Shown: in pieces, positions 10,251 to 19,847 of the stretch
How the letters are laid out: the number at the start of each line of letters is the position of its first letter
How positions within the stretch are numbered: the stretch's first letter is position 1
Assembly: GCA_027053075.1 (NCBI GenBank)
Contig: JALUEE010000047.1
Coordinates: 64,001 to 128,000 of the forward strand
DNA length: 64,000 nucleotides
Reading direction: 5' to 3'
Source of the DNA: a candidate division WOR-3 bacterium
Lineage (GTDB): Bacteria; Hydrothermota; Hydrothermia; B15-G9; WFZT01
Notes under the pieces: generated by a model
The model's database searches: none
What the model saw: the letters and a program-made list of their open reading frames with translations, nothing else
What the model was told of the DNA's origin: nothing
Translations under genes and position numbers: made by a program

Positions 10251-11746
10251 TTCACAATCCTCCAGTTGCCCACAACGAGCCATGGATCAAAGACCTTTTC
10301 CCTTCCATCTGAGGTAATCTTAATCGAAGGAGCGGCCGTCTCCTCATTGGCCTCAATAGCAGCAAAGATCTCTGGTGGAACATCACTTTTTGGCTTCCAT
10401 CCCAGCATGTGGTCAGGAATAAATGTCGTGAATGTGTTCCCCTTGATAAATTCAGGATGCTCGAGGATATCGATAAGGTAGGGGATATTGGTTTTAATGC
10501 CCAAAATTACGTAGTTTTTGAGGGCCTCTATCATACGCCTTCTTGCCTCTTCACGATCACGCCCCCACACAATAAGCTTGGAGAGTATGGGGTCGTAATA
10601 AGGAGGCACTTCTACCCCCGAGTATATACCAGAGTCAACCCTTATTCCCGGTCCTGCTGGCTCACTGACAAAAATGATTTTACCCGGTGAAGGCATGAAA
10701 TCCTTTTCCGGGTCTTCTGCATAAATTCGGCACTCAATTGCATGTCCATGCTGTGAAAGCTCTTCCTGTTTGAATGAAAGTGGATTGCCTTCAGCAATAT
10801 TTATCTGCTCCTTCACAAGGTCTCTACATGTTACCATCTCAGTAATTGGGTGTTCCACCTGAATTCTTGTATTTACCTCAAGGAAGTAAAAATTCCCGTG
10901 CTTATCAAAAAGAAATTCTACCGTGCCGGCACTCTCGTAGCCCACGGTCTTGGCAACCCTGATGGCAGTCTCCCCCATTTCCATCCTCTTCTCCATTGTA
11001 AGGGCACCCGAGGGTGTTTCCTCAATGATCTTCTGGTGCCTCCTCTGAATGGAGCATTCTCTTTCAAAAAGGTGCACATAGTTTCCAAACTTGTCTCCAA
11101 GTATCTGGATTTCTATGTGCCTCGGATTCTCGATGTATTTCTCGATATAAACGGATTCGTCTCCAAATGCAGATTTTGCCTCCCTCTGAGCGGCACTGAT
11201 GGCAGCTTCGAGCTTATCAGGAGAATAAACGATTCTCATGCCCTTTCCACCGCCACCGGCAGCAGCTTTTATCATTACTGGATACCCTATCTTTTCGGCC
11301 TCTTTTTTGTACTCTTCCATGGAGAGCCCGGTGGCGAGCATTCCTGGAATGAGAGGGACTCCCGCATCCACAAGTTTCTGTCGGCTTTCAACCTTATTTC
11401 CAAGTAACCTGATGGTTTCAGGCTTGGGTCCGATGAAAATCAGGCCAGCATCCAGCACAGCCTGAGCAAACTCCGGATTTTCTGCAAGAAAACCGTATCC
11501 GGGATGAATGGCATCCGCCTTGTGCTTCTTTGCGGCACTTATAATTTTTTCAATGTCCAGATAGCTTTTTAAAGGTTCTGGAGGACCAATATACTCCACC
11601 TCATCAGCGTGAATCACGTGGAGGGCATCCTTATCTGCATCAGAATATACGGCTATAGAAATAATACCCAGCTCTTTTAATGCCCTGATTATCCTAACTG
11701 CAATTTCTCCCCTGTTTGCTACGAGGACTTTCTTTATTTTTGCCAT
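10247..11746 (-). CDS. Biotin carboxylase subunit (MCC/PCC/ACC type)
   Basis: ANRGEIA, HPGYGFLAEN, GGGGKGMR, ERECSIQRRHQK, EVNTRIQVEH. Confidence 0.95.
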   Translation of the reverse strand: MAKIKKVLVANRGEIAVRIIRALKELGIISIAVYSDADKDALHVIHADEVEYIGPPEPLKSYLDIEKIISAAKKHKADAIHPGYGFLAENPEFAQAVLDAGLIFIGPKPETIRLLGNKVESRQKLVDAGVPLIPGMLATGLSMEEYKKEAEKIGYPVMIKAAAGGGGKGMRIVYSPDKLEAAISAAQREAKSAFGDESVYIEKYIENPRHIEIQILGDKFGNYVHLFERECSIQRRHQKIIEETPSGALTMEKRMEMGETAIRVAKTVGYESAGTVEFLFDKHGNFYFLEVNTRIQVEHPITEMVTCRDLVKEQINIAEGNPLSFKQEELSQHGHAIECRIYAEDPEKDFMPSPGKIIFVSEPAGPGIRVDSGIYSGVEVPPYYDPILSKLIVWGRDREEARRRMIEALKNYVILGIKTNIPYLIDILEHPEFIKGNTFTTFIPDHMLGWKPKSDVPPEIFAAIEANEETAAPSIKITSDGREKVFDPWLVVGNWRIVK

Positions 11747-12510
11747 CTGGGTCTCCTTTTTTCAAAAAATGCGTTCATTCCTTCCTGCCCCTCCTTCGAA
11801 ACCCTTATTCGGGCTATAACTTCTGATGTGTAGGGAATGGCATCTTTCAAAGACAGTTCCTGGATATTTCTGACGAGTTCCTTACAGACTCTCTGTGCAT
11901 GAGGGGAGGATTTTTTGAGCTCTGAAATAAGCTCTTCACCCCGCTGAAAAAGCTCGTTGTCTTCAACCACCTCATTTAGAAGACCGTATTTGAGAGCTTC
12001 CTCTGCCGTTACCCTTTTACCTGTGAGACAGAGTTCCTTGAGATTTCGCTCCCCCATTCTTTTTAGCAGATAAGGAGAGATGACAGCAGGAACAAGCCCG
12101 AGGGTAACTTCCGTAAGGCCAAATTTCGCCCGTTTGACGGAGATTGCAAAATCTGTGGCAGCGATAAGGCCAACTCCACCGCCAAAGGCATGTCCGTTGA
12201 CAAGAGCAATTGTGGGTGATGGAAAGGTATAAATCTCGTAAAGGAGATATCCGAGCTCAAGTGAGTCCTGGTAATTTTCCTCAAAAGAAAAGTTCTTCAT
12301 TCGTTTCATCCAGTTGAGGTCTGCACCGGCAGAGAAAGACTTTCCTTCACCTGTGAGAACAAGTACCCGGGGTGATGCTTCCCTGCCGCGGGCAAGGGCC
12401 TCGTGGAGTTCCTTTATCATGAGGTCGTTGAAGGCGTTGTGGATTTCCGGGCGGTTTAAAGTTATCCAGAGGACATCGTCTTTTATCTGGTATTTAATGG
12501 TTTCAAACAT
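11734..12510 (-). CDS. Enoyl-CoA hydratase, methylglutaconyl-CoA hydratase (LiuC)-like
   Basis: LNRPEIHNAF, FSAGADLNWM, GGGVGL, EGQEGMNAFFEKRRP. Confidence 0.85.
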   Translation of the reverse strand: MFETIKYQIKDDVLWITLNRPEIHNAFNDLMIKELHEALARGREASPRVLVLTGEGKSFSAGADLNWMKRMKNFSFEENYQDSLELGYLLYEIYTFPSPTIALVNGHAFGGGVGLIAATDFAISVKRAKFGLTEVTLGLVPAVISPYLLKRMGERNLKELCLTGKRVTAEEALKYGLLNEVVEDNELFQRGEELISELKKSSPHAQRVCKELVRNIQELSLKDAIPYTSEVIARIRVSKEGQEGMNAFFEKRRPRWQK

Positions 12511-12518
12511 CCTGCCTT

Positions 12519-12547
12519 ATTTTAAATTCCCACCCTTTATTTTTCAA
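12519..12547 (-). promoter_or_regulatory. sigma70-type promoter TTGAAA-17-TAAAAT for the hydratase/carboxylase/mutS/mre run
   Basis: Read on the minus strand; -10 lies 8 nt before the ATG at 12510. Confidence 0.7.
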
Positions 12548-12555
12548 CCAAGGCA

Positions 12556-12897
12556 GAGCATGCCTGAAAATGTTACCACGCAGAGTAAAAAACTTCCCAA
12601 AGTCAAGTGTACATGATTTTTCTACTCGGCGAAAGGATCCGCTTGAACAACAATAACACTCCCTCCCTTCCTTTGGAAGGGAGGGTTGGGGTGGAATGGG
12701 AAAATAAGGTTCCAAACATTTTCAGAATTTTCGCTGTTTTAAATATGGGAAGACGTAAATCCCCATTCTCCCCTGGCCCCTCCTTCCTCAGAGGAAGGAG
12801 GGGGAAAATTCCGTAATTAGTCCACGACAGGGATTGTGAGTAGATACTAAGGGGGACAACGTTGTTACCAAAGTCCAGTTTTTCTCGAAACAGGCTT
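12556..12897. mobile_element. Composite/degenerate MITE with two internal hairpins; a second element end starts at 12907
   Basis: Ends GAGCATGCCTGAAAA / CGAAACAGGCTT; flanked by ACCAAGGCA (12547-55) and TCCAAGGCA (12898-906); hairpins at 12661-85 and 12777-803. Confidence 0.65.
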
Positions 12898-13036
12898 TCC
12901 AAGGCAGAGCATGCCATAAATTGTGCTTTCCGTCTTATGGTTTGAATAGAGTTATATTTTGGACGGAACATTTTTCGAAAGGTAAAGCTTACGTTTTATT
13001 ATTGAAGGTTTTGGGCATAAATGCTACAATATAACC

Positions 13037-15640
13037 GTGCTTATTTTCAAAATTTTAGCGTATATCTTCATCACCCAGCAGCCAGGAGCAATAGAGGGGC
13101 ACGTTTACGATGCAGTAAGCGGTCAGGGATTACCATATGCAAACGTCATAATCGAAGGCACAAAATTAGGTGCCGCCACCGATGTTAATGGATTCTACAC
13201 CATCATTAATGTTCCTCCCGGTAAATATCGGGTAAAAGCCTCCATTCTTGGCTACAAAGAAAAGACCGTTGAGGTAACACTGGGTCCTGGTGAAATCAAA
13301 AAGGTTGATTTTTATCTCCCCGAAGCTATTGTTCGGCTAAAAAAAGAGGTCGTGGTGGTTGGCAAAAAGCCTTTGATAGAGAAGGAGGTCTCATCAACCA
13401 AGACTATCATTGAAAGGAAAGACCTCGAGGCCATGACTGTGGAAAATGTGAGAGAAGTTCTACAGAAGCAGGCTGGCGTTAGTGGACTCGGCACAGACAT
13501 TCACATTCGTGGTTCACGAAGCAACGAGATGACAATGTATGTTGATGGAGTGCCCATAAAAGACCCACTATCGGGAAACGCTTTTGGCCTGTACCTTCCC
13601 ACAAGGTTTCTGAAGAGCTACGAGGTTATTTTTGGTGGTATAAGTGCCGAGTATGGAAACGTCACAGCAGGTGTCATCCGTGCTGAAATTAGAGAGGGCA
13701 CGAGCAGATTTCATTTTGGCGTATCCCACAAAAGGGACAACTTTGGATTTTTAAACTATTTTGGTTACGATGAGTATGGTTTCTACTTTGAGGGACCAGT
13801 AAGGCTTAAAAAAATCCGAAATATCAGATATTTTGCCTCTTTTAACTCCTCTTTTTCAAACACATATCTCCCCCACACCCATGATCTTTACAGCAGTGTG
13901 TATGGCACAGATAAACTTTCACCAAAGGAAGAAAATAACCTCGCCGGGGTCATAAAAGTTACCTGGAAACCGCGGGAGAATTTCAAGCTCTTTTACAATT
14001 TTACAAAGTCAGTGGAAATAAATCAGGGATATTTTTATTCTCTCGCTGATTATCCTTTTGCTCATGGATTCCCCACGAAATACATGTATTACCTTGACCA
14101 CTATCCAGTTTTCACCCGCGATGCCAATGAGTCAGTCCTCGGTGTTCACTACGTACCCAATCTGAGAAACATCATTGACATGCGTATAGCGAGATTCTTC
14201 ACCAATTTCCACCTTGACGTGCAGGGGAAAAAGTGGAACAAATACGTGGCTCTGGGTGATTTTGACCCGCCTTATGGCTATTATGACCACGGTGATGCAC
14301 CCTATTGGCATGACCACTATGCCGAATCCTATGTTCTGAGACTCGATTTTACCCGCCAGCAGACACCTGTATGGCGGATGAAAACAGGATTTTTAATGAA
14401 CTATTCCAATGTTCAGTGGATCGATATTCAGTATCCCTGGCTTGCTGGACCCTCTGGTCTGGGTTTGAACTACGATATTTACAAGGCCCACACGACAAGG
14501 GGCGGGATTTATATTCAAAACAATATCCATTTTGCGGGTATGATAGCTGCGCTGGGGATGAGGCTCGACTTCTGGGTTCCCGGTAATTACATTGAGAAAG
14601 GCGTCAAAAAGGCCCTTTCCAGAATTGATATTCATCCCACAGTCAAGGCTCAGTATGAAAGTTATCTCTCATCCATGAAACTTCCGTTCACGCATTATCA
14701 TTTTAAGGCTCATCTAAACCCGAGGATCGGAGTTTCCTTCCCTGTCACCGAGAGAACAAAATTCCACTTTTCCTACACCCATTCATCGAAGATTCCGGAT
14801 TTCAAATACGTCTATTCCAAGCTTGGAAGGAGAGCTACCTCGACTTACACCCTTGTGGGTAATCCCAATCTCAAGCCGACTGTTACGGTACAGTATGAAC
14901 TCGGACTCGAGCACCTTTTGACTGAAAGGGTAAAGTTCAGTTCTGTGGCCTATTACAAAGACATTTTCAACTACCCCACTGCTGTGCGGGTACCCGGTAT
15001 TCCACCAAATCCAGACTTCTGGATGTATCTCAACTCGGATTACGCACGTGCTTTTGGACTTGAGAATGGAGTTCGTGGAGACATCACAGACCACATCTCT
15101 GCATCTGTAACTTTGACTCTTTCACAGGCCACAGGAAAGGCCTCCACCTCTGAGGATGTCTACTGGCGTAGAGGCGAGGAAAGTCTCAAGGAGTGGCACC
15201 TTAAGTGGTCACGACCATTTAAATTATTCGCAAATATAACTTACCGGACACATCGAACTCCGGTGACTTTGTGGAGGATAAGGATTCCGAGTAACTTCAT
15301 GTTTTCTATCTCCTGGTCTCTCCAGTCAGGTGTTAGATACACACCGGTGGATAGCCTTGGAAACAGAGGTAGTTTTAATTCTAAACTTGGTCCCATGTGG
15401 AATAGAGTTGACATAAAAATTCGTAAATATTTCAGGACGCGCGCCGGCAGATTTAAAATTGAACTCGAGGGCAAGAATATCTTTAATTCGAAACTGGTTC
15501 GTTACGTAAATCCGCTAACAGGAAGAGCTTATGAGCCAGGTGATCCCATACCACGCGGGTTCAAGGAGATTGACCTCAACACACCCGCAAGGTTTATGGC
15601 ACCGAGAGAGATTAAATTGGGGGTATCTTACGAATGGTGA
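13037..15640 (+). CDS. TonB-dependent receptor with N-terminal carboxypeptidase-regulatory-like domain
   Basis: GAATDVNGFYTIINVPPG; plug HIRGSR..YVDGVP; GNPNLKP; C-terminal beta-signal GVSYEW. Confidence 0.92.
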   Translation: MLIFKILAYIFITQQPGAIEGHVYDAVSGQGLPYANVIIEGTKLGAATDVNGFYTIINVPPGKYRVKASILGYKEKTVEVTLGPGEIKKVDFYLPEAIVRLKKEVVVVGKKPLIEKEVSSTKTIIERKDLEAMTVENVREVLQKQAGVSGLGTDIHIRGSRSNEMTMYVDGVPIKDPLSGNAFGLYLPTRFLKSYEVIFGGISAEYGNVTAGVIRAEIREGTSRFHFGVSHKRDNFGFLNYFGYDEYGFYFEGPVRLKKIRNIRYFASFNSSFSNTYLPHTHDLYSSVYGTDKLSPKEENNLAGVIKVTWKPRENFKLFYNFTKSVEINQGYFYSLADYPFAHGFPTKYMYYLDHYPVFTRDANESVLGVHYVPNLRNIIDMRIARFFTNFHLDVQGKKWNKYVALGDFDPPYGYYDHGDAPYWHDHYAESYVLRLDFTRQQTPVWRMKTGFLMNYSNVQWIDIQYPWLAGPSGLGLNYDIYKAHTTRGGIYIQNNIHFAGMIAALGMRLDFWVPGNYIEKGVKKALSRIDIHPTVKAQYESYLSSMKLPFTHYHFKAHLNPRIGVSFPVTERTKFHFSYTHSSKIPDFKYVYSKLGRRATSTYTLVGNPNLKPTVTVQYELGLEHLLTERVKFSSVAYYKDIFNYPTAVRVPGIPPNPDFWMYLNSDYARAFGLENGVRGDITDHISASVTLTLSQATGKASTSEDVYWRRGEESLKEWHLKWSRPFKLFANITYRTHRTPVTLWRIRIPSNFMFSISWSLQSGVRYTPVDSLGNRGSFNSKLGPMWNRVDIKIRKYFRTRAGRFKIELEGKNIFNSKLVRYVNPLTGRAYEPGDPIPRGFKEIDLNTPARFMAPREIKLGVSYEW

Positions 15641-16578
15641 AAAAATTGTTTTTAATCCTTATACTCGCATCTGGCCTTATGGCTGATGGTATATTTGAAA
15701 GTCTTGGGGGACAAAAAGTTGGAACGACCTCTATGGTTTTCCTGAAGATAGGAATCGGCACAAGAGCTACTGGTATGGGAGGAACCTTCGTGGGTGTGGC
15801 CGATGACCCATCCACGTTTTTCTGGAATCCAGGTGGTGTACCAAATCTTGGAAATTCCGCCTACGTTTCCTTTACGGCTTTACCCGACAACGTAAACATG
15901 ACATTTATCTCGGCCTCCAGGAATCTTGGCCTCTGGGGATACGCAGGAGTATTTTTAATTGGGCTTGATGCCGGATACATGGAGGAGACCGACGAGTACC
16001 ATCCCTTTGGGACTGGCCGGTACTTTCACTTCGGTGACTATCTTCTTGGTGTGAACTACTCTAAAAAAGTCACGGATAGATTTTCTTTTGGGATGAATGT
16101 AAAAGGTTTCATGGAGGAGTTTTATGGTCTGAAATCCTATGGATTCGCAATGGATATGGGGACTTTTTATCTGGTGGGTTACAGGGATATAAGGATTGGG
16201 GTGTCCCTTTCAAATCTCGGGCCGGATATCAAACCCGGTGGAGACGGAGAAAATTACCTGAGTTTCCCTGTCCCGATCGTGTATAGAATGGGGGTATCTG
16301 GATTGATTTTAAACAATTTGAGGGGCTCTTTTGAGCTCGACAAGCCTTCTGATAATGTTGAAACCCTGAAAATGGGAGCAGAATTTATTGTGAATAAGAA
16401 CGTCTCTCTTTACAGTGGAATGAAGCTTAATGCCCGCCAACCTCAGGGAAAGTTACCAATTGCCGGACTTTCGTTTGGCTTTGATGCACATCTTAAAATG
16501 TTTAAACTGGGCTATTCTGCCTCAGATATGGGAGTTCTTGGAGTAGTTCACAGATTTTCACTGGAAGTTCAGAAATGA
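15634..16578 (+). CDS. PorV/PorQ-family outer-membrane protein
   Basis: FLKIGIGTRATGMGG..ADDPSTFFWNPGG..HRFSL. Confidence 0.88.
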   Translation: MVKKLFLILILASGLMADGIFESLGGQKVGTTSMVFLKIGIGTRATGMGGTFVGVADDPSTFFWNPGGVPNLGNSAYVSFTALPDNVNMTFISASRNLGLWGYAGVFLIGLDAGYMEETDEYHPFGTGRYFHFGDYLLGVNYSKKVTDRFSFGMNVKGFMEEFYGLKSYGFAMDMGTFYLVGYRDIRIGVSLSNLGPDIKPGGDGENYLSFPVPIVYRMGVSGLILNNLRGSFELDKPSDNVETLKMGAEFIVNKNVSLYSGMKLNARQPQGKLPIAGLSFGFDAHLKMFKLGYSASDMGVLGVVHRFSLEVQK

Positions 16579-17483
16579 AAAAATTCTTGCTTATAGGCAT
16601 AATCATATTGCTTGCGGGATGCGGTAAAAAGTATCCAATACCACCGGAGCCAACGACTGGTGGGCTTCCGCCTCTTGGAAGTTATGTGCAGGATGTTAAC
16701 TGGCCGGGAAGCAGTATAAATTTCCATGATATAAAGGATGTAATCGTAGGAAAAGACGGATTTATCTATGTCTTAGATGGAGAGACTGCTTACAGACTCT
16801 TAATCACGGGAGAGGTGGTTGGTCAGATAAATATTCCTCCCCGAATGGAGGCAATGGCGCAGGATGACCAGCGTAATTTATATTTCGCGGGGATGGATTC
16901 AAGTGTCTACAGATATTCGAGAAGCGGGGTGTGGGATACAATAAGAGTGCCAGATTCACTTGCGAATATTACCGGCATAACTGTTGGTGAGCAAATAGTT
17001 GTTTCGGACACTTTAAAAGACCTCGTTATCGCATTTTTGCCTGATTCTGCAATTGATACAGTGGCGGTGTTTGGAAGCGGAGCTCTGTTTGTGGATAATC
17101 CACTCGATCTATGGCTTGACCCTATGGATAGGGTTCTTACTGTCTCTTACAACCACAACTGGGTTGAGGCCTTCCCTCTGGATAGCTTGCAGCCATTTTT
17201 ACACCTTGGAGGAGACAATCCAGAAGGGGATACCACAGAGGGGACATTCCGGATGCCTGTTGATGTTGTATCCGATGATTCGTCCTACATTTACGTGGCA
17301 GATAGTTTCAGGGTCCAGAAGTTTGATTTTGCGGGAAATTTTGTAACTGATGTTAGATTTGAAGATTTGAGACCCATCTCTGTGGCTGTTACAGATGATG
17401 GTAAATATCTAATTGTGGCATTCAGGGACCAGCTATACAAATTCGAGCGCTTCGACGGCCTTCAGCAGGGTGGAGGAAGCTAA
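16575..17483 (+). CDS. NHL-repeat beta-propeller lipoprotein
   Basis: Lipobox LLAGC; FRMPVDVVSDDSSYIYVADS..RVQKFD. Confidence 0.8.
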   Translation: MKKFLLIGIIILLAGCGKKYPIPPEPTTGGLPPLGSYVQDVNWPGSSINFHDIKDVIVGKDGFIYVLDGETAYRLLITGEVVGQINIPPRMEAMAQDDQRNLYFAGMDSSVYRYSRSGVWDTIRVPDSLANITGITVGEQIVVSDTLKDLVIAFLPDSAIDTVAVFGSGALFVDNPLDLWLDPMDRVLTVSYNHNWVEAFPLDSLQPFLHLGGDNPEGDTTEGTFRMPVDVVSDDSSYIYVADSFRVQKFDFAGNFVTDVRFEDLRPISVAVTDDGKYLIVAFRDQLYKFERFDGLQQGGGS

Positions 17484-17645
17484 AGACAATAAACCCAAAT
17501 TGGGCTCCACAAAATCAAAACTATCACACAATGTGTCAAGATTAAACAATAGCACTGCCCGGTACTTACAAATCAAGACACCTTCAAGCTTGTTTAAAAA
17601 ATCTTAAATTTTAGTAAACTCCAATGGCCCTTTTTAATCTCACTT

Positions 17646-17769
17646 GAGCCTGTTCGAAAAATTACAAAACCTTTGAATTTTAATGAAAAATTTGCCCCCC
17701 ACCTTATTCCTCCCCCCACGCACTTTGTGCGTGGGGGGAGGATAGGAGGGGGAATTTTCGAACGAGCTC
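17646..17769. mobile_element. Intact 124-bp MITE
   Basis: TIRs GAGCCTGTTCGAAAA / TTTTCGAACGAGCTC; GC-rich internal hairpin; 9-bp TSD ATCTCACTT / ACCTCACTT. Confidence 0.85.
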
Positions 17770-17946
17770 ACCTCACTTATAACCGAAGGTCAGTTGGTAA
17801 CTTCCATTCCTTCCTCAGGGGAAGGTGGGGATCTCAATACCTGTTATATCCTAATTTTTAACGAATCCATCAATTTTCTTCTCACTCTATTAACCTCTGC
17901 GAAAGGATAACCAGGGTGTGATATTTTCAGATAGGCTTTTACCCCC

Positions 17947-17991
17947 TTGACAATTTTCGAGATATAAACGAATATTTGAATAGACAAATAT
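17947..17991 (+). promoter_or_regulatory. Promoter (TTGACA -35) with overlapping 7-6-7 inverted repeat, candidate ArsR operator
   Basis: ATATTTG-AATAGA-CAAATAT at 17972-17991, upstream of the SPW and ArsR genes. Confidence 0.55.
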
Positions 17992-18020
17992 ATCATGAAC
18001 CTTAAAAAGGAGGTGTAATT

Positions 18021-18344
18021 ATGTGGCAAGATTGGGTCAATGTCATACTTGGTATCTGGCTTATTATTGCAGGGTTTATACCCTCAATCACAGCCAGTAA
18101 GGGCGCATCTCTCTGGAACGACCTGATTGTGGGAATCATCGTCCTGATCCTTGCGGCGTGGGTTGCGAAATCCAGATGGCCTGAGTGGATCAATGTAATC
18201 CTTGGTATCTGGTTAATTATTGCGGCCTTCATCCCTTCCATAGTGGCAAGCAAATCCGGGAACATGTGGAATGACATCATTGTCGGTATTCTGATCGTGA
18301 TCTTCGGAATCTGGGCAGCACTGATGAAACCGTCGCAGGCGTAA
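18021..18344 (+). CDS. SPW-repeat integral membrane protein
   Basis: Two 51-aa repeats (W[V/I]NVILGIWLIIA..WND.IVGI); strong SD AAGGAGGT. Confidence 0.85.
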   Translation: MWQDWVNVILGIWLIIAGFIPSITASKGASLWNDLIVGIIVLILAAWVAKSRWPEWINVILGIWLIIAAFIPSIVASKSGNMWNDIIVGILIVIFGIWAALMKPSQA

Positions 18345-18354
18345 TAGAAAACCG

Positions 18355-18381
18355 GTGGGGGCGAGCGAAGCTCGCCCCCAC
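18355..18381 (+). terminator. GC hairpin (terminator or processing stem)
   Basis: GTGGGGGCGAGC-GAA-GCTCGCCCCCAC; no T-tract follows. Confidence 0.55.
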
Positions 18382-18396
18382 TCAAAAATCTCAAAA

Positions 18397-18696
18397 ATGA
18401 AAGGAATAACATACACCGAAGATCAAAAAACAATTGAGCTTTACACCAAAGCCCTCGGGCAAATAACAAGATTAAAGATTCTCAAATTTATAGCAAGGGA
18501 GTACAAATCAGTTAATGAAATTTCAAAGGAACTTGGACTTTCCCATTCTGTTTGTTCTGCCCACCTTGGTGTCCTCTGGAGGGCGGGGTTGGTTAAGAAA
18601 AGAAGAGTAAAGAATTTTTCCTACTACAAATTCAATCCTGAAAAGCTACAAGAGATTCAGGAGGCTATCCGAGAATTTATAATGGGGGAAGGTTAA
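18397..18696 (+). CDS. ArsR/SmtB-family transcriptional regulator
   Basis: KALGQITRLKILKFI..SVNEISKELGLSHSVCSAHLGVLWRAGLV. Confidence 0.88.
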   Translation: MKGITYTEDQKTIELYTKALGQITRLKILKFIAREYKSVNEISKELGLSHSVCSAHLGVLWRAGLVKKRRVKNFSYYKFNPEKLQEIQEAIREFIMGEG

Positions 18697-18770
18697 CCCT
18701 CAGCTAATTCCTAATATATTTTCTTTGTAACTTGACAAAAATGGGGGATTGTGGTTTTATGATTTTAAAT

Positions 18771-18797
18771 GGGGGCGAGGCCTTCGGCCTCGCCCCC
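18771..18797 (-). terminator. Terminator between convergent arsR and slyD genes
   Basis: 12-bp stem GGGGGCGAGGCC-TTC-GGCCTCGCCCCC. Confidence 0.75.
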
Positions 18798-18808
18798 AAA
18801 TTTATTCT

Positions 18809-19279
18809 TTACTGATGAACGTGTCCGTGCTCGATCTCTTCTGGTGTAGCGTCTCTTACATCCACAACCTTAACATGAAAATGCAGGGTCTCACCTGCAA
18901 GCGGATGATTGAAATCAACAACTACAGATTCGTCTTTGATCTCTTTGATATAGAATGGGACACTGTGACCCTCTCCAAAATCCGCATAGAATTTCATCCC
19001 GACTTCAATGGGATTATCTCCAAAAGCAGATTTTGGAATCTCCTGAATGGCATTCTCGTCAATTTTACCGTAAGCATCTTCAGGAGGTATTGTTATATCC
19101 TTCTCTTCGCCAACTTCCATGCCTTCCATGCCCTTTTCAAGGCCTGGAATGAGCTGTCCAGCTCCGTGGAGATAAACAATAGGGTCACCCGTATTGTCAT
19201 CTACCACCTCTCCTGAGTCGAGCTTGAGCGTGTACTCAAGGCTCACTACCTTATTTTTTTCGACTTTCTTGTCTGACAT
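18809..19279 (-). CDS. slyD: FKBP-type peptidyl-prolyl isomerase SlyD
   Basis: YLHGAGQLIPGLE, DFNHPLAGETLHF, ATPEEIEHGHVH. Confidence 0.95.
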   Translation of the reverse strand: MSDKKVEKNKVVSLEYTLKLDSGEVVDDNTGDPIVYLHGAGQLIPGLEKGMEGMEVGEEKDITIPPEDAYGKIDENAIQEIPKSAFGDNPIEVGMKFYADFGEGHSVPFYIKEIKDESVVVDFNHPLAGETLHFHVKVVDVRDATPEEIEHGHVHQ

Positions 19280-19313
19280 TACAAACTCCTCCTTAAATAA
19301 AAGTTACCCCCTG

Positions 19314-19342
19314 ACTATAATCCCACCTCTGTTAAAAGTCAA
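19314..19342 (-). promoter_or_regulatory. slyD promoter TTGACT-17-TATAGT
   Basis: Near-consensus boxes on the minus strand upstream of the SD. Confidence 0.75.
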
Positions 19343-19350
19343 ATCACAGA

Positions 19351-19472
19351 GAGCTTGTTCGAAAAAATTAAAAAGTTATTAGATTTATAAAATGAATTTC
19401 CCCACCTTTCTCCTTTCCCCACGCACGAAATGCGTGGGGGAAGTTGGGAAGGGGGAATTTCCAAACACTCTC
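19351..19472. mobile_element. MITE copy (122 bp)
   Basis: GAGCTTGTTCGAAAA ... TTTCCAAACACTCTC; internal hairpin; TSD AATCACAGA / TATCACAGA. Confidence 0.8.
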
Positions 19473-19847
19473 TATCACAGAGCATCCTGCACAAAAATTA
19501 GGTCTTCATATAATCTTGATTTGTGGGGCGAGAAATATAAATTTTCCCGGCTACCAAAACACTACCTGGGATACAGAGAAATGACATTTCGATTGAAAAA
19601 TTTAAAATAAAAGCCTCCGCCGGATTTTACCTGCAAATTGGGAGAAAGGGACCTATGAATTTTTGATGAAAATTTAAATGAAGCCCCTCTCCTGTATCCT
19701 CTCCCCGCAAACAAATTTATGCGGGGAGAGGATCATTTTGCGTTTGAAAATATTCGAACAGGTTAAGGCCAAACTAACACAGAGAGAAGAACACATCCCT
19801 CTTGGAAATCAAAAATCTAAATTTCCTACCAAGTCCAAGTATCTTTA

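Noticed and set aside
18732..18763. TTGACA...TATGAT as an antisense promoter toward slyD
   Set aside because: The 20-bp spacer is off-consensus and it runs straight into a terminator hairpin.
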